Assembly (NCBI GenBank): GCA_963830975.1
Contig: CAWHOI010000004.1
Coordinates: forward strand, 532,924-596,923
Origin: an uncultured Solirubrobacterales bacterium
GTDB lineage: Bacteria; Actinomycetota; Thermoleophilia; Solirubrobacterales; Solirubrobacteraceae
Direction of reading: 5' to 3'
Length of the DNA: 64,000 nucleotides
The notes under the pieces were generated by a model, which was given only the letters and a program-made list of their open reading frames with translations, did no database searches and had not been told where the DNA came from. Below are positions 1 to 9,670 of this stretch, piece after piece (positions within the stretch are counted from its first letter, which is position 1; each line of letters begins with the position of its first letter). Made by a program: the position numbers and the translations under genes.

Positions 1-1057
1 TGCATGCCGTGAACAGGACGGCCCCGATCTCGCCGATCTCGCCGCGCGCGACCGCGTCGATCGCGGTCGCGACGGCCTCGCGCAGGCGGCGCTCATGGGC
101 GCGCGTCGCGCGCCGGTGGAGGTCGGCGTGAGTGAAGCGCTCGTCCTGCATGTACGCGACGAGATCAGCCCCCGACAACTCGCCGAGGCCGACCGACACG
201 AGCCAGGCCCGCAGCAGTGCGCGCGCATCGGCAGGCGCGAGGTTGCCGACCTGTGTTCCCTCCCGAGCATCGCCCTCGCGCAGCACCCGCTCGGCGATCT
301 CCAACACGCGCAGCGGATCGAGTTCGGCACGCTCGCCGTCGTGACCGAGGGCCCGAACCGCGAGCGCCATCGCCGCATGCGCCCATTTCTCGGCGCTGCC
401 CTGCTCGCCGCCGGGATCGACGCGTCCGGCCCGGACGTGCTCGAGGAACTCCGCCGGCGTGGCCGCGGCCGGAGCGCACGTGAACGTGCGGCCGATGTCG
501 ATGCCCGCGTGATCGTCGCTGCCCGCTACGCCGATCCCGCCGTGGGTTTCGACGTAGAGCGCCGCGGGCATGTTCAGCTCTCGCGCGCGCGAGCCGTTGC
601 GGGTCTCCCAGATCGGGAAGAGGTCGGCCAGCCGGCGTCGATGGCGGCTCGTGAGCGGCGCGCCCACGGCGAAGAACGGGTGCGCGAGCGCGCTGACGAT
701 GTGGTGCTCGTCGAGGTAGGCGGCGCAGGACTCGACGTCCCCGGCATGGGCCTGCAGCCACTCGTGGTCCGCCGGCGTGATCCCCAGGCACAGGACGTGC
801 ACGGCCTGCGGCTCGCCGCGGAAGCGCGCTGTCAGTTCCTCCGAGACGAATGCGTCCGGCAGCCCCTCCAGCTCCAGAGCGCCGTCGATCGTGTCGTGGT
901 CGGTGATCGTCACGAAGTCCATGCCGCGACGTTTCGCGAGCTCATAGACCTCGAGCGGTGGAGTCGCGCACTCGGGCAGGCCGAGCGCCCGTTGCACACC
1001 CAGTCGGGAGACGGCCGATGCAGTCGAATGGCAGTGGAGATCGACTCTGGTCACCAT
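1..1057 (-). CDS. PHP-domain metal-dependent phosphoesterase (C-terminus runs off the window)
   Basis: It is absent from the ORF track because no stop lies inside the window. My translation of the minus strand from the ATG (complement of 1055-1057) gives MVTRVDLHCHSTASAVS..DFVTITDHDTIDG..GSDDHAG, the His/Asp ligand pattern of PHP domains. A GAGGAG lies upstream. Track ORF 95..1192(+) is its antisense shadow. Confidence 0.7.
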   Translation of the reverse strand, partial: MVTRVDLHCHSTASAVSRLGVQRALGLPECATPPLEVYELAKRRGMDFVTITDHDTIDGALELEGLPDAFVSEELTARFRGEPQAVHVLCLGITPADHEWLQAHAGDVESCAAYLDEHHIVSALAHPFFAVGAPLTSRHRRRLADLFPIWETRNGSRARELNMPAALYVETHGGIGVAGSDDHAGIDIGRTFTCAPAAATPAEFLEHVRAGRVDPGGEQGSAEKWAHAAMALAVRALGHDGERAELDPLRVLEIAERVLREGDAREGTQVGNLAPADARALLRAWLVSVGLGELSGADLVAYMQDERFTHADLHRRATRAHERRLREAVATAIDAVARGEIGEIGAVLFTAC

Positions 1058-1322
1058 GGACCGGCTCTCCTCATCTCGTCCTGTACCCATGCAGCAGAGA
1101 TTCGGCTGCAAAGCGCGACTTTCTGTGACCAGTCGGTGAACGGGCGCGCCTGCTATCAGGATCTTCACGTCGCGACCGCCGGGCGATGGTGAGATGCACG
1201 TGCGAGTCTGACCAGCTCGCAGCGAGCTCTCGATCAGGATGACCCCGCGGGTCGCGCACGAGGGCCTCTCTCAGCCGGCGCCCTGGGCTCGCCTAGCGAG
1301 TCCGGGGCGTAGGCTGCCTTCC

Positions 1323-2102
1323 TCAGTCCAGTGCGAGCGCGAGCGCGGCCGCCGTGGCCGGCGAGGGCGCCTGGGGGATGCCGTGTGTCAGCAGGAAGCG
1401 CGGGTTGGCCTGTGTCAGCCGCCAGGCCTGCACCGAGGAGGCGCCGGCACGCTGCGCGAGCACGAAGCCGAGCGCGACGGTGTGGTCGCGGGTTCCCGGA
1501 TGCCCGTCGGAGGCGATCACGTAGGCGAGACCGCTGCGCAGCAGGCTGACCGCCGTCTCCTGCACCGCGAGGCCGTTGTTCCCGAGCAGCGAGCAGACGT
1601 TGACCTGCGCCACGGCGCCGGCTGCGAGCAGCCCGCGCAGCGCCTCGATCCCGGCGGGCTCAGTCATTCCACGGGCTCGCTCGGGGTGAGCGATCACGGC
1701 GCCGAAGCCGCGTTCCAGCAGGGCGGCGCAGTCGTTCGCGAACTCCTCGTCGAGGCCGCGGAACGGCGCCTCGACCAGCAGCCAGCGACTCCCTTCGGGG
1801 CCTTGGGCGATGAGCTCGAGCTCGCCGTCGGTCAGGCCGCGCGCATGGCGCGCGTCCAGTTCGCCGCCGGCATGCACCCGCACGCCGATGCGCTGCTCAT
1901 CGAGCAGTGCGGCCAGCTCGGCGACGCGCTGGCGGATCGTGGCGATGTCCAGCGACCAGTACGCGTTGATGTGGGGCGTTGCGGTGACGTCACGGACGCC
2001 CTCGGCGGCGAGGCGCCGCGCGTGTGCGATCGACGCCGCTTCGTCCGATGCACCGTCGTCCACCCCGGGCAGCAGGTGGAGGTGCAGATCGACATATGAC
2101 AT
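1323..2102 (-). CDS. CpsB/YwqE-like PHP-family protein-tyrosine phosphatase
   Basis: 259 aa. It begins MSYVDLHLHLLPGVDDG and contains ..ATPH..IAHPER..SDGH, typical of Mn-dependent CpsB/CapC phosphatases. A GGAAGGAG SD precedes the ATG. Confidence 0.7.
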   Translation of the reverse strand: MSYVDLHLHLLPGVDDGASDEAASIAHARRLAAEGVRDVTATPHINAYWSLDIATIRQRVAELAALLDEQRIGVRVHAGGELDARHARGLTDGELELIAQGPEGSRWLLVEAPFRGLDEEFANDCAALLERGFGAVIAHPERARGMTEPAGIEALRGLLAAGAVAQVNVCSLLGNNGLAVQETAVSLLRSGLAYVIASDGHPGTRDHTVALGFVLAQRAGASSVQAWRLTQANPRFLLTHGIPQAPSPATAAALALALD

Positions 2103-2217
2103 ATGTCTCCTTCCTTTCCGGTGGCGGATCTTCGGTGCCCGCCTCGCGATACGTTGCTATGGTCGTTTTCCCCACGGTAGCAGGCGGTTCTGCTCTGCCC
2201 GGTGAGGTTTCACGGCT

Positions 2218-3210
2218 TTGTCACAAACTCGCGACGAGCATCCGGAGGCAGAACCGACGCGCGAATCGCGCGCGGATCGCTGGCGCGAATTCGGGCTAGC
2301 GCTGCGCCTTCCGCCGCGCGCCGTGCGCCGGGCGCGACTGCAACTGTTGGTGTTCGCACCGCTGTTTGCCGGAGTGATCCTGCTGTGGGACTACCGCCAC
2401 GATCTCTTCGGGTTGAGGGTGTGCCCTGCCGGCGCGACGCACTGCACGCAGTCCTCCGGCACGACGGCGCTGCAGGTGTTCGTCGTGATCGTGCTGGTGT
2501 TCGCCGGTTGGGCACTCGCGCGCGACATCGTGCGCGGGCTCGAGCCGCTGCTCTTCAAGCGCCTGGACACCGCCACCACCGGCACCGCCGGTTTCGTCAT
2601 CCGCCTGCTCACGATGTTGGCCGCGATCGTCGTGGCGCTGACGATCGCGGGCGTTGGCCTCGCCGCGATCGCGATCGGAGCCTCGTTCTCGGCCGTCGTG
2701 TTCGGCCTCGCGGCGCAGCAGACGCTCGGCAACCTGATTGCCGGCATCGTGCTCCTGAGCGCGAGGCCGTTCCGCGTCGGCGACCGCGTCCGCCTACAGG
2801 GCGGCGGCCTCGCCGGCAGGATCGAGGGCGTCGTCTCGGCGCTCGGCCTTCTCTACACCACGATCAACGCCGGGGACGATCCCGTGCTCGTGCCCAACAG
2901 CCTCGTGCTTGCCGTGTCGGTGAGTCCGCTGCGCGAGCCGGAGGCTGTGCGGCTGACCGTGCGACTGCGCTCCGGTATCACCCCGATGGAGTTGCAGCAG
3001 CGCATCGAGCAGGCGCTGAAGGTGGCGATCCGCCGCCATCCGAGCGTGACACTCGAGGAGCTCGACGGCGCGGAGATGGTTGTCACGGTGAGCGCCACTC
3101 CGCGCCTCGCGAGCGACGGCGGTGCGCTCGCCGCCGAGTTGCTGGAGGTCCTCAACCGCGAGATCGGCCACGCCGGCGAGCGGGGGATCGGCGAGGGGCC
3201 CGGCGGGTAG
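2218..3210 (+). CDS. mechanosensitive ion channel (MscS family)
   Basis: TM helices are followed by LGNLIAGIVLLSARPFRVGDRV, the MscS beta-domain signature. The TTG start is uncertain. Confidence 0.75.
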   Translation: MSQTRDEHPEAEPTRESRADRWREFGLALRLPPRAVRRARLQLLVFAPLFAGVILLWDYRHDLFGLRVCPAGATHCTQSSGTTALQVFVVIVLVFAGWALARDIVRGLEPLLFKRLDTATTGTAGFVIRLLTMLAAIVVALTIAGVGLAAIAIGASFSAVVFGLAAQQTLGNLIAGIVLLSARPFRVGDRVRLQGGGLAGRIEGVVSALGLLYTTINAGDDPVLVPNSLVLAVSVSPLREPEAVRLTVRLRSGITPMELQQRIEQALKVAIRRHPSVTLEELDGAEMVVTVSATPRLASDGGALAAELLEVLNREIGHAGERGIGEGPGG

Positions 3211-3222
3211 CGCCCGGCGGAC

Positions 3223-4026
3223 TCAGCTCGACGCCGGCTCGGCCGCTGCGGCCGCCTCCGCGCGGTCGCACGAGACGTAGCGCGCATACAGCTGGCTGTC
3301 GTGCTCGAGCAGCATGCGCAGCTCGAGTGCGATCGGCTGCTGGGGCGCCGCACCGCTCAGCAGCGCGCCGGCGCCGGGCGCATCGCCGACGAGCATCGGC
3401 GATACCGCCAGGAACAACTCGTCGATGAGGGACTCGGCGGCGAGGGACGCGTTCAACGACGGGCCGCCCTCACACAGCAGCAGGTGGACGCCGTACCTCG
3501 CCGCGAGCTCGGTGAGGGCGCCACGCAGCGTCGCGCTGCGAATGTAGTCGACGCTGGCTCTCGCGTACGGGAGGTCGCCGGCGGATGGGGTGACGATCAC
3601 GACGTGCGAGCCGCGGTCCGCCAACAGCGGCAGCGTGGGGTCGAGATCGAGGTGCCGGCTGACGATGACGGCGAGCGGTTGCGCCGAGAGTCCCCGTGCC
3701 TCGCGCTCGGCGCATACGTCGGGGTCGCGGATGATCGGCCCATAGCGCTCTGTGCGAACCGTCCCGGCTCCGGCGATGACCGCGTCGGCGTGGGCTCGCA
3801 GTGCGTGGAACAGTGCCCGATCGGCCGGCCCGCCGAGCGCCTTCGACCGGCCGTCAACGGCGATCCGGCCGTCGACGCTGGCGATCATGTTCAACACCAC
3901 GCGCAGGTCGTCATCGTCGCTGGGACGCCACCCCTCGAGCGCCTCCTCGGCGCTCAGCGTGGTCTGCGCTGCGCTGCTTGGGATCAGTCTGAGGAAGCGG
4001 GGAGCGTCCGGCTGCGCGTCGGTCAC
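3223..4026 (-). CDS. RibD C-terminal domain / dihydrofolate-reductase-like pyrimidine reductase family protein
   Basis: NMIASVDGRIAVDGRS..GGPADR..LLCEGGPSLNASL pattern. The GTG start overlaps the msrB stop by 1 nt. Confidence 0.65.
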   Translation of the reverse strand: MTDAQPDAPRFLRLIPSSAAQTTLSAEEALEGWRPSDDDDLRVVLNMIASVDGRIAVDGRSKALGGPADRALFHALRAHADAVIAGAGTVRTERYGPIIRDPDVCAEREARGLSAQPLAVIVSRHLDLDPTLPLLADRGSHVVIVTPSAGDLPYARASVDYIRSATLRGALTELAARYGVHLLLCEGGPSLNASLAAESLIDELFLAVSPMLVGDAPGAGALLSGAAPQQPIALELRMLLEHDSQLYARYVSCDRAEAAAAAEPASS

Positions 4027-4424
4027 TACGACTCAGGGTCGAACTTCAACGCCGCCGAGTTGATGCAGTAGCGAAGGCCGGTCGGGTTGGGGCCGTCCTC
4101 GAACACGTGACCGAGGTGCCCTTCGCAGGTCGCGCACAGCACCTCGGTGCGACGCATGAAGAGGCTGCGATCCTCCTCCGTGCTGACGGCGTCCGGTGCG
4201 CTCGGCTCCCAGAAGCTCGGCCAGCCGGTACCCGAATCGAACTTGGTGTCGGATCGGAAGAGCTCCGTGCCGCAACCGGCGCAGCGATACGAACCGGAGT
4301 CCTTGTTCGCGTTCAGCTCACCGGTGAACGGCCGTTCGGTCCCCTTGCCGCGCAGCACCTCGTACTGCTCCGCCGTCAGCTCCGCACGCCATTCCTCGTC
4401 GGTCTTGTGCACCTTTTCGCTCAT
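4026..4424 (-). CDS. msrB: peptide-methionine (R)-S-oxide reductase
   Basis: 132 aa with two CxxC pairs, GTGWPSF and RYCINS motifs. Confidence 0.95.
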   Translation of the reverse strand: MSEKVHKTDEEWRAELTAEQYEVLRGKGTERPFTGELNANKDSGSYRCAGCGTELFRSDTKFDSGTGWPSFWEPSAPDAVSTEEDRSLFMRRTEVLCATCEGHLGHVFEDGPNPTGLRYCINSAALKFDPES

Positions 4425-4609
4425 GGCTGGAGCCTAGCGGGTCGAAGCCGCGTCGCGCGAAATTGCTTGCGCGAAAGCTGTGACGTGCTACCGTCACGCG
4501 GGAAAGTCGCCGGTCAGTGCCGGTGAAAGCAGTGCGAGCGCTCGCAGGTCGAAGCTTTCCAAGCGTCCTCCGCGTCGCAGCAAGCACATACACACAGTGG
4601 AGGAACGCA

Positions 4610-4813
4610 ATGCCTACGGGCACCGTTAAGTGGTTCAGCGACGACAAGGGGTTTGGTTTCATCACGCCGGACGACGGCGACAAGGATCTCTTCGTCCATC
4701 ACACCGGGATCGTCGGCGAGGGGTATCGCTCGCTGCAGGAGGGTGCAAAGGTGTCCTTCGACGCAGAGGCCGGTGACAAGGGGCCGAAGGCGGTCAACGT
4801 CGTACCGCTCTAG
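4610..4813 (+). CDS. cspA: cold-shock protein (CspA family)
   Basis: [18 protein letters not shown] (RNP-1) ..LFVHH (RNP-2). A GGAGGA SD sits at 4598-4603. The track ORF starts too far upstream, at 4517. Confidence 0.95.
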   Translation: MPTGTVKWFSDDKGFGFITPDDGDKDLFVHHTGIVGEGYRSLQEGAKVSFDAEAGDKGPKAVNVVPL

Positions 4814-4850
4814 CGTGGCGGCCAAGCCGTCCAGAGCTTTCTGAAGCGCC

Positions 4851-4878
4851 CGGAGCCCGCCTGAACAGGCGGGCTCCG
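4851..4878 (+). terminator. intrinsic terminator-like hairpin after cspA
   Basis: An 11-bp perfect GC-rich stem (CGGAGCCCGCC / GGCGGGCTCCG) with loop TGAACA, followed by CTGGTTGT. Confidence 0.55.
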
Positions 4879-5002
4879 CTGGTTGTGGGGACGATCTCCA
4901 GGCCGCGGCGCAGCCCCGACCCCGGCCCGGGCGCGGTGGCGTGCGCCCGATATCCTGCGCCAGGTCCGACGCGCAGCGGCGACGGATCGTGCTCCGAGAG
5001 AG

Positions 5003-6676
5003 ATGTCGACCGACGCGACACCACGAACAGGACGCATAGCCGCCGCGTCGCCGGCGACGGCTGCTGAGCACGTGCTCCCGAGCGCGACGGCGGCGCTGCG
5101 CCGCTACCGGCACGGAGCGGTCCGCACGGAGCGCTGGCGCGATCCGAGCGGGTCCGATCTGTTCCGCTCCTCGCTGGCGGTCCGGGCGTCGGCGCTGGCG
5201 CTCACGCTGATGTTGCTGAGCAGCCTGTTGCTGGTGTCGCTCGCCGCCGCGCCGCTCACCACCGCACACGAGAGCATCCTCGTCCCGTCGGCGAGATCCG
5301 GCGACTATCCGCGGTGGCTCTCCGGACCGACCGGCGTGTTGACGAGCTGGTTCACCGCCAGCACGCACACCCAGCGCGTGCTGTTCACCGCGGTGATCGC
5401 GACGATGCTCGTCGCCTACCTGATCGTCGCCTACTCGGCCCCACGGCTACGTCGGTTCTGGGTGCTCGGAGCGATCGTGGCGATGCACCTGATCTTCTTC
5501 CTCTCGCCGCCGCTGACGCTCAGTGACGTCTTCAACTACCTCAACTACGGGCGCATGGAGGCTCTCTACCACCTGAACCCGTACGTGACGATCCCGGCGC
5601 TGGAGCCCCACAGCGACCCCACGTTCCTGCTCAGCAACTGGCACGGCCTGCTGAGCCCCTATGGCCCGCTGTTCACGCTCTTCACGATGGCGCTCGTGCC
5701 GCTCGGCGTCGCCGGCGCGTTCTGGGCGATGAAGGCGACGCTGATGCTCGCGAGCCTCGGGACGGTGTTCCTGGTCTACCGCTGTGCGGAGCTGCTGGGC
5801 CGCAATCCGCTCACCGCCGCCGTGGTCATCGGCATCAACCCGATCGTGCTGGTCTGGGGGCTCGGCGGGGACCACAACGACTTCCTGATGCTCTTCTTCC
5901 TCGTGCTCGGCTTCTGGCTGCTGCTGCGTGCCAACTCGATGCGCGTCGGCAAGCGCGCCCGTCCGGCGCCGGCGCACGCCCACGGCCCGATGGGGGGGCT
6001 GCGCCGCGCGTGGGCTTGGCTGGACGGGATGCCGCGGCCGCTCGTCGTCGGCGAGCCGGCGGCGTGGATGGAGATTGGTGCCGGCATCTCGCTGATCGCC
6101 GCGGTCGCGGTCAAGGCCTCCTCCGCGGTGCTGATACCGGTCGTGCTGGCCGGGGCGGCGCGACGCCTGCGCGTGGCCACCGGCCTCGTGATCGGGCTGG
6201 TCGCGGCGGCGGCGATGACGGTGGTCGCGTTCGGCGTCAACCTGCCGAACGTGGGACAGCAGGACCGACTCGTCGTCCCGGACGGGATTCCGAACCTGAT
6301 CGGCCTCGCGTTCGGCTTTGGCGGCTACACCTCGCAGATGCGCAGCGTGTTCACGCTGCTGCTGGTCGTGGTGATCGTCGGCTGCTCCGTCTGGGTCTGG
6401 CGCACGCGGCGTTGGCTCACGGCATGCGGCTGCGTGACCCTGGCGCTGCTGCTCACGCTCGGCTGGACGCTTCCGTGGTACATCATCTGGCTGCTGCCGT
6501 TCGTCGCGCTGTCGCGCTCGAAGGGCCTGAAGGTCGTAGCCACCGTGTTCGGCATCTACATCTACCTCGCCTGGATGCCGTACTCGTCCGAGATCCTCAG
6601 CTTCCTGCACATCAATCCGGCCAACACGAACCTCGGCGCGCAGGAGACGAGCTTCTTGGACTCGCTTCTGTTCTGA
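5003..6676 (+). CDS. polytopic GT-C glycosyltransferase (DUF2029/GT87-like, polyprenol-phosphate-mannose-dependent mannosyltransferase-like)
   Basis: More than 10 predicted TM helices. The first-loop motif is PPLTLSDVFNYLNYGR..NPY..PYGPLF. I place the start at the ATG at 5003, downstream of the cspA terminator. Confidence 0.55.
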   Translation: MSTDATPRTGRIAAASPATAAEHVLPSATAALRRYRHGAVRTERWRDPSGSDLFRSSLAVRASALALTLMLLSSLLLVSLAAAPLTTAHESILVPSARSGDYPRWLSGPTGVLTSWFTASTHTQRVLFTAVIATMLVAYLIVAYSAPRLRRFWVLGAIVAMHLIFFLSPPLTLSDVFNYLNYGRMEALYHLNPYVTIPALEPHSDPTFLLSNWHGLLSPYGPLFTLFTMALVPLGVAGAFWAMKATLMLASLGTVFLVYRCAELLGRNPLTAAVVIGINPIVLVWGLGGDHNDFLMLFFLVLGFWLLLRANSMRVGKRARPAPAHAHGPMGGLRRAWAWLDGMPRPLVVGEPAAWMEIGAGISLIAAVAVKASSAVLIPVVLAGAARRLRVATGLVIGLVAAAAMTVVAFGVNLPNVGQQDRLVVPDGIPNLIGLAFGFGGYTSQMRSVFTLLLVVVIVGCSVWVWRTRRWLTACGCVTLALLLTLGWTLPWYIIWLLPFVALSRSKGLKVVATVFGIYIYLAWMPYSSEILSFLHINPANTNLGAQETSFLDSLLF

Positions 6677-7392
6677 TGTCCGAGCAACGGCGACAACCGG
6701 CCAGCAGCGACGAGGAGCTGTTCGCCGCCGACCTGGAGAGCGTGTTCGCGCTGCGATCCGATCGCGAGCGCATCGAGCTCATCTCGGAAGAGCTGGCGTA
6801 CGGCTTCGAGGCGCTGTCCGACATCGGTCCGGCCGTGTCGATCTTCGGTTCGGCGAGAACCAGCATCGAGGACCCGGCCTACGAGCGCGCCCGCGCCGTC
6901 GCCCGCAGCCTCGCGTCGGCGGGCTTCGCCGTGATCACCGGCGGCGGCAGCGGCAGCATGGAGGCGGCGAACCGCGGCGCACAGGAAGGCGGGGGCCGCT
7001 CGATCGGACTCAACATCGAACTGCCGCACGAGCAGGTCCCGAACCCCTATGCCGATGTCGGCCTGGAGTTTCACTATTTCTTCGTGCGCAAGGTCATGTT
7101 CGTGCGCTACGCGTGCGCGTTCGTCGGCCTGCCCGGCGGGCTGGGCACGCTGGATGAGCTGTTCGAGGCGCTGACGCTGATCCAGACCGGGAAGATCAAG
7201 CACTTCCCGGTGATCCTCTACGGCAGCGAGTACTGGGGCGGCATGATCGAATGGATGCGCGACACGGTCGTCGCGCACGCGAACGTCGAGCCGGAGGAGG
7301 TGGCGCTGCTGCGGATCGTCGATGAGCCCGGCGAGGTCTGCGAGATCGTGACCGCCGCCGCGGCCGCCCAGGGACTGCGCCCCCGACGCTGA
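6676..7392 (+). CDS. LOG family (TIGR00730) nucleotide 5'-monophosphate nucleosidase
   Basis: VSIFGSAR..ITGGGSGSMEAANRGA..GLPGGLGTLDELFE motifs. The ATG overlaps the upstream TGA by 1 nt. Confidence 0.85.
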   Translation: MSEQRRQPASSDEELFAADLESVFALRSDRERIELISEELAYGFEALSDIGPAVSIFGSARTSIEDPAYERARAVARSLASAGFAVITGGGSGSMEAANRGAQEGGGRSIGLNIELPHEQVPNPYADVGLEFHYFFVRKVMFVRYACAFVGLPGGLGTLDELFEALTLIQTGKIKHFPVILYGSEYWGGMIEWMRDTVVAHANVEPEEVALLRIVDEPGEVCEIVTAAAAAQGLRPRR

Positions 7393-7740
7393 TCAGTGAT
7401 CGGCGACGTACCCGTCGGCGGGGGCGATCGGCAGCCCGGCGTCGACCCACGCCTGGATGCCGCCCGTCAGTGTGTAGGCGTCATAGCCGGCCGCCCGAAA
7501 CGCGCTGGCGGCCATCGCCGAGCGCACGCCCAGACGGCAGTGGAAGACGACCGGGCGATCCCGGTCGATCGTGCCGGCATTCGACGCCAGGCGTTCCAGC
7601 TCGATGTGGCGCGTGCCCTCGATATACCCGGCCTCGCGCTCGTAGGGTTCGCGCACGTCGACGAACGTGGCGCCCTCGGCCGCAAGCTCGGCGGCGCGCT
7701 CGGCGCTGACCTCGATCTCCGGGTTCTCGAACGCGTTCAT
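7393..7740 (-). CDS. rhodanese-like sulfurtransferase domain protein
   Basis: 115 aa with the active-site loop FHCRLGVRS. Confidence 0.85.
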   Translation of the reverse strand: MNAFENPEIEVSAERAAELAAEGATFVDVREPYEREAGYIEGTRHIELERLASNAGTIDRDRPVVFHCRLGVRSAMAASAFRAAGYDAYTLTGGIQAWVDAGLPIAPADGYVADH

Positions 7741-7804
7741 GGGGGTCGCTGAGCATACGACACGTGCGGGGCTGAGCCGCAGCAGGCGGGGGTAGGATGC
7801 GAGC

Positions 7805-8950
7805 GTGGCAACGCCGAGCGAAACCTACGCTCTGCCCGCCGAGGTGATCGAGTTCCGCGACGCGATCCGCCAGATCGTCGTCGAACAGGTCGCGCCGCGT
7901 GCCGCGGAGATCGACGAGCAGGCCACCTACCCCTGGGATCTGCGCCGGCTGTTCGCCGAGCACGACCTACTGGCGCTCCCGTTCGACCCCGAGTTCGGCG
8001 GCACCGGCACCGGCACCCTGATGATGAACGTAGCGATCGAGGAGGTGGCGAAGGCCTGCGCGTCGAGCGCGCTGATCCTGATGCTCCAGGACCTGGGCAC
8101 GCTGCCGATCCGCCTGTTCGGCAGCGACGAGCAAAAGCGGCGCTTCCTTCCTCGCTGCGCGAGTGGCGAGTGGTCGCCGGCTTTCGCGCTCTCGGAGGCC
8201 GACGCGGGCTCCGATCCTGCGGCGATGGCGACCAGCGCGCGCCCGGACGGCGACGAGTGGGTGATCAGCGGCGCGAAGTCGTGGATCTCCAACTGCGGGG
8301 TGGCCGACTTCTACATCGTGTTCGCCGTCAGCGACCCGAAGGAACGGCGGATCACCGCCTTCATCGTCGAGGCCGACCGGCCAGGTTTCAGCGCCGGGAA
8401 GCTCGAGCACAAGCTGGGGATCCGGGGCTCCCCGACTGGCCCGTTGAGCTTCGACGAGGTGCGCGTGCCGGCCGGGAACGTGCTGGGAGCGGTCGGCAAG
8501 GGCCTGTCGGTGGCGTTTTCGACGCTCGAGCGCAGCCGGCTCGGCGCCGCTGCGCAGGCCGTCGGGATCGCGCAGGGCGCCACCGACTACGCGGTCGGCT
8601 ACGCCCGCGAGCGCAGGCAGTTCGGCAAGCCGATCGGCGACTTCCAGGCGATCGCGTTCAAGCTTGCGGAGATGGAGCTGCGCACGGCCGCCGCCCGCGA
8701 GCTCCTGTACCGCGCCTGCGCGATGGTCGACCGGCGGGAGCCGGGCGCCGCCAAGTACGGCTCGATGGCGAAGGTGTTCGCGTCGGACACGGCAATGGCG
8801 GTGACGGTCGAGGCGGTGCAGGTGCTCGGCGGCAACGGCTATGTCCGCGACTACCCCGTCGAGCGGATGATGCGCGATGCCAAGATCACCCAGATCTACG
8901 AGGGAACGAACGAGATCAACCGGCTGGTCATCGCGCGAACGCTGCTGTGA
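7805..8950 (+). CDS. acyl-CoA dehydrogenase
   Basis: 381 aa with [14 protein letters not shown] and QIYEGTNEI motifs. TAGGAT at 7793-7798 lies 6 nt before the GTG, which suggests a leaderless mRNA. Confidence 0.9.
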   Translation: MATPSETYALPAEVIEFRDAIRQIVVEQVAPRAAEIDEQATYPWDLRRLFAEHDLLALPFDPEFGGTGTGTLMMNVAIEEVAKACASSALILMLQDLGTLPIRLFGSDEQKRRFLPRCASGEWSPAFALSEADAGSDPAAMATSARPDGDEWVISGAKSWISNCGVADFYIVFAVSDPKERRITAFIVEADRPGFSAGKLEHKLGIRGSPTGPLSFDEVRVPAGNVLGAVGKGLSVAFSTLERSRLGAAAQAVGIAQGATDYAVGYARERRQFGKPIGDFQAIAFKLAEMELRTAAARELLYRACAMVDRREPGAAKYGSMAKVFASDTAMAVTVEAVQVLGGNGYVRDYPVERMMRDAKITQIYEGTNEINRLVIARTLL

Positions 8951-8959
8951 GGAGGAGCG

Positions 8960-9583
8960 GTGCGCGACCCCCAGCTGAAGGTGATCCTCCGCGCTGCCGG
9001 GGTCGCGTTCGTCGTCGGCGTCTCGGTCGCCTTCGTGCTCTCGCCGACCAGCGGGTCGCCGTTCGTGCGCGCGATCCAGCTCGTCGCCGTGATCGCGCTC
9101 GGAGTGCTCGCCATGGCCGCCGTCGTCGCGCTGGTGACAGGGTGGCTGGCCGGATGGCACGACGAAGAAGCGGAGTTTGAGCTCGTCGTACGCCGCGCCG
9201 AGCGGCTCGCCGCCGACGGCCTGGCCGTCGAGCCCGACGAGCGCGAGTTCCTCGAACTCGACCCCCTGCGCGACGAGGACTTCGAGGAGCTGGTGCGTGA
9301 CGCGCTGGACGATCTGCCTGATCTGCTCCAGAACGCTCTCGCGCATGTCGCCGTCGTGATCTCCGACGGCGGGCGCCGCGTGCACGCCTACGGGCTCTAC
9401 CAGGGCGGCGGCGTGCACCGCAACGAGCACGGCAGCAGAATCGTGATTTTCCGCGACACGCTGCGGCGTGACTTCGGCGCCGACCCCGACCTGCTGCGCG
9501 AACAGGTCGTGCGCACCGTGCGCCACGAGCTGGCCCATCACGTCGGCTTCGACGAGATGGGGGTGGGTGAGCTGGGCCTGTGA
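8960..9583 (+). CDS. membrane-anchored zincin-like metallopeptidase (Zincin_1/DUF1025 family)
   Basis: The C-terminal domain FEELVRDALDDLP..VRHELAHHVGFDE carries an HExxH. Two N-terminal hydrophobic helices are encoded with strong GC3 bias. A GGAGGAG precedes the GTG. Confidence 0.6.
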   Translation: MRDPQLKVILRAAGVAFVVGVSVAFVLSPTSGSPFVRAIQLVAVIALGVLAMAAVVALVTGWLAGWHDEEAEFELVVRRAERLAADGLAVEPDEREFLELDPLRDEDFEELVRDALDDLPDLLQNALAHVAVVISDGGRRVHAYGLYQGGGVHRNEHGSRIVIFRDTLRRDFGADPDLLREQVVRTVRHELAHHVGFDEMGVGELGL

Positions 9584-9670
9584 GAGCCTCGATCGCCGGC
9601 GCGAACGCGGCGGCAACGAGGGCGCGCACGCGCAGCGCGAGAATGCCGGCAGACCGATGAGGAGGCAGCA

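Noticed and set aside
95-1192. 365-aa plus-strand ORF
   Set aside because: It is antisense to the PHP-domain gene that I could translate on the minus strand. It has an Arg/Ala/Gly-rich composition and no motifs, which is the typical shadow ORF of GC-rich DNA.
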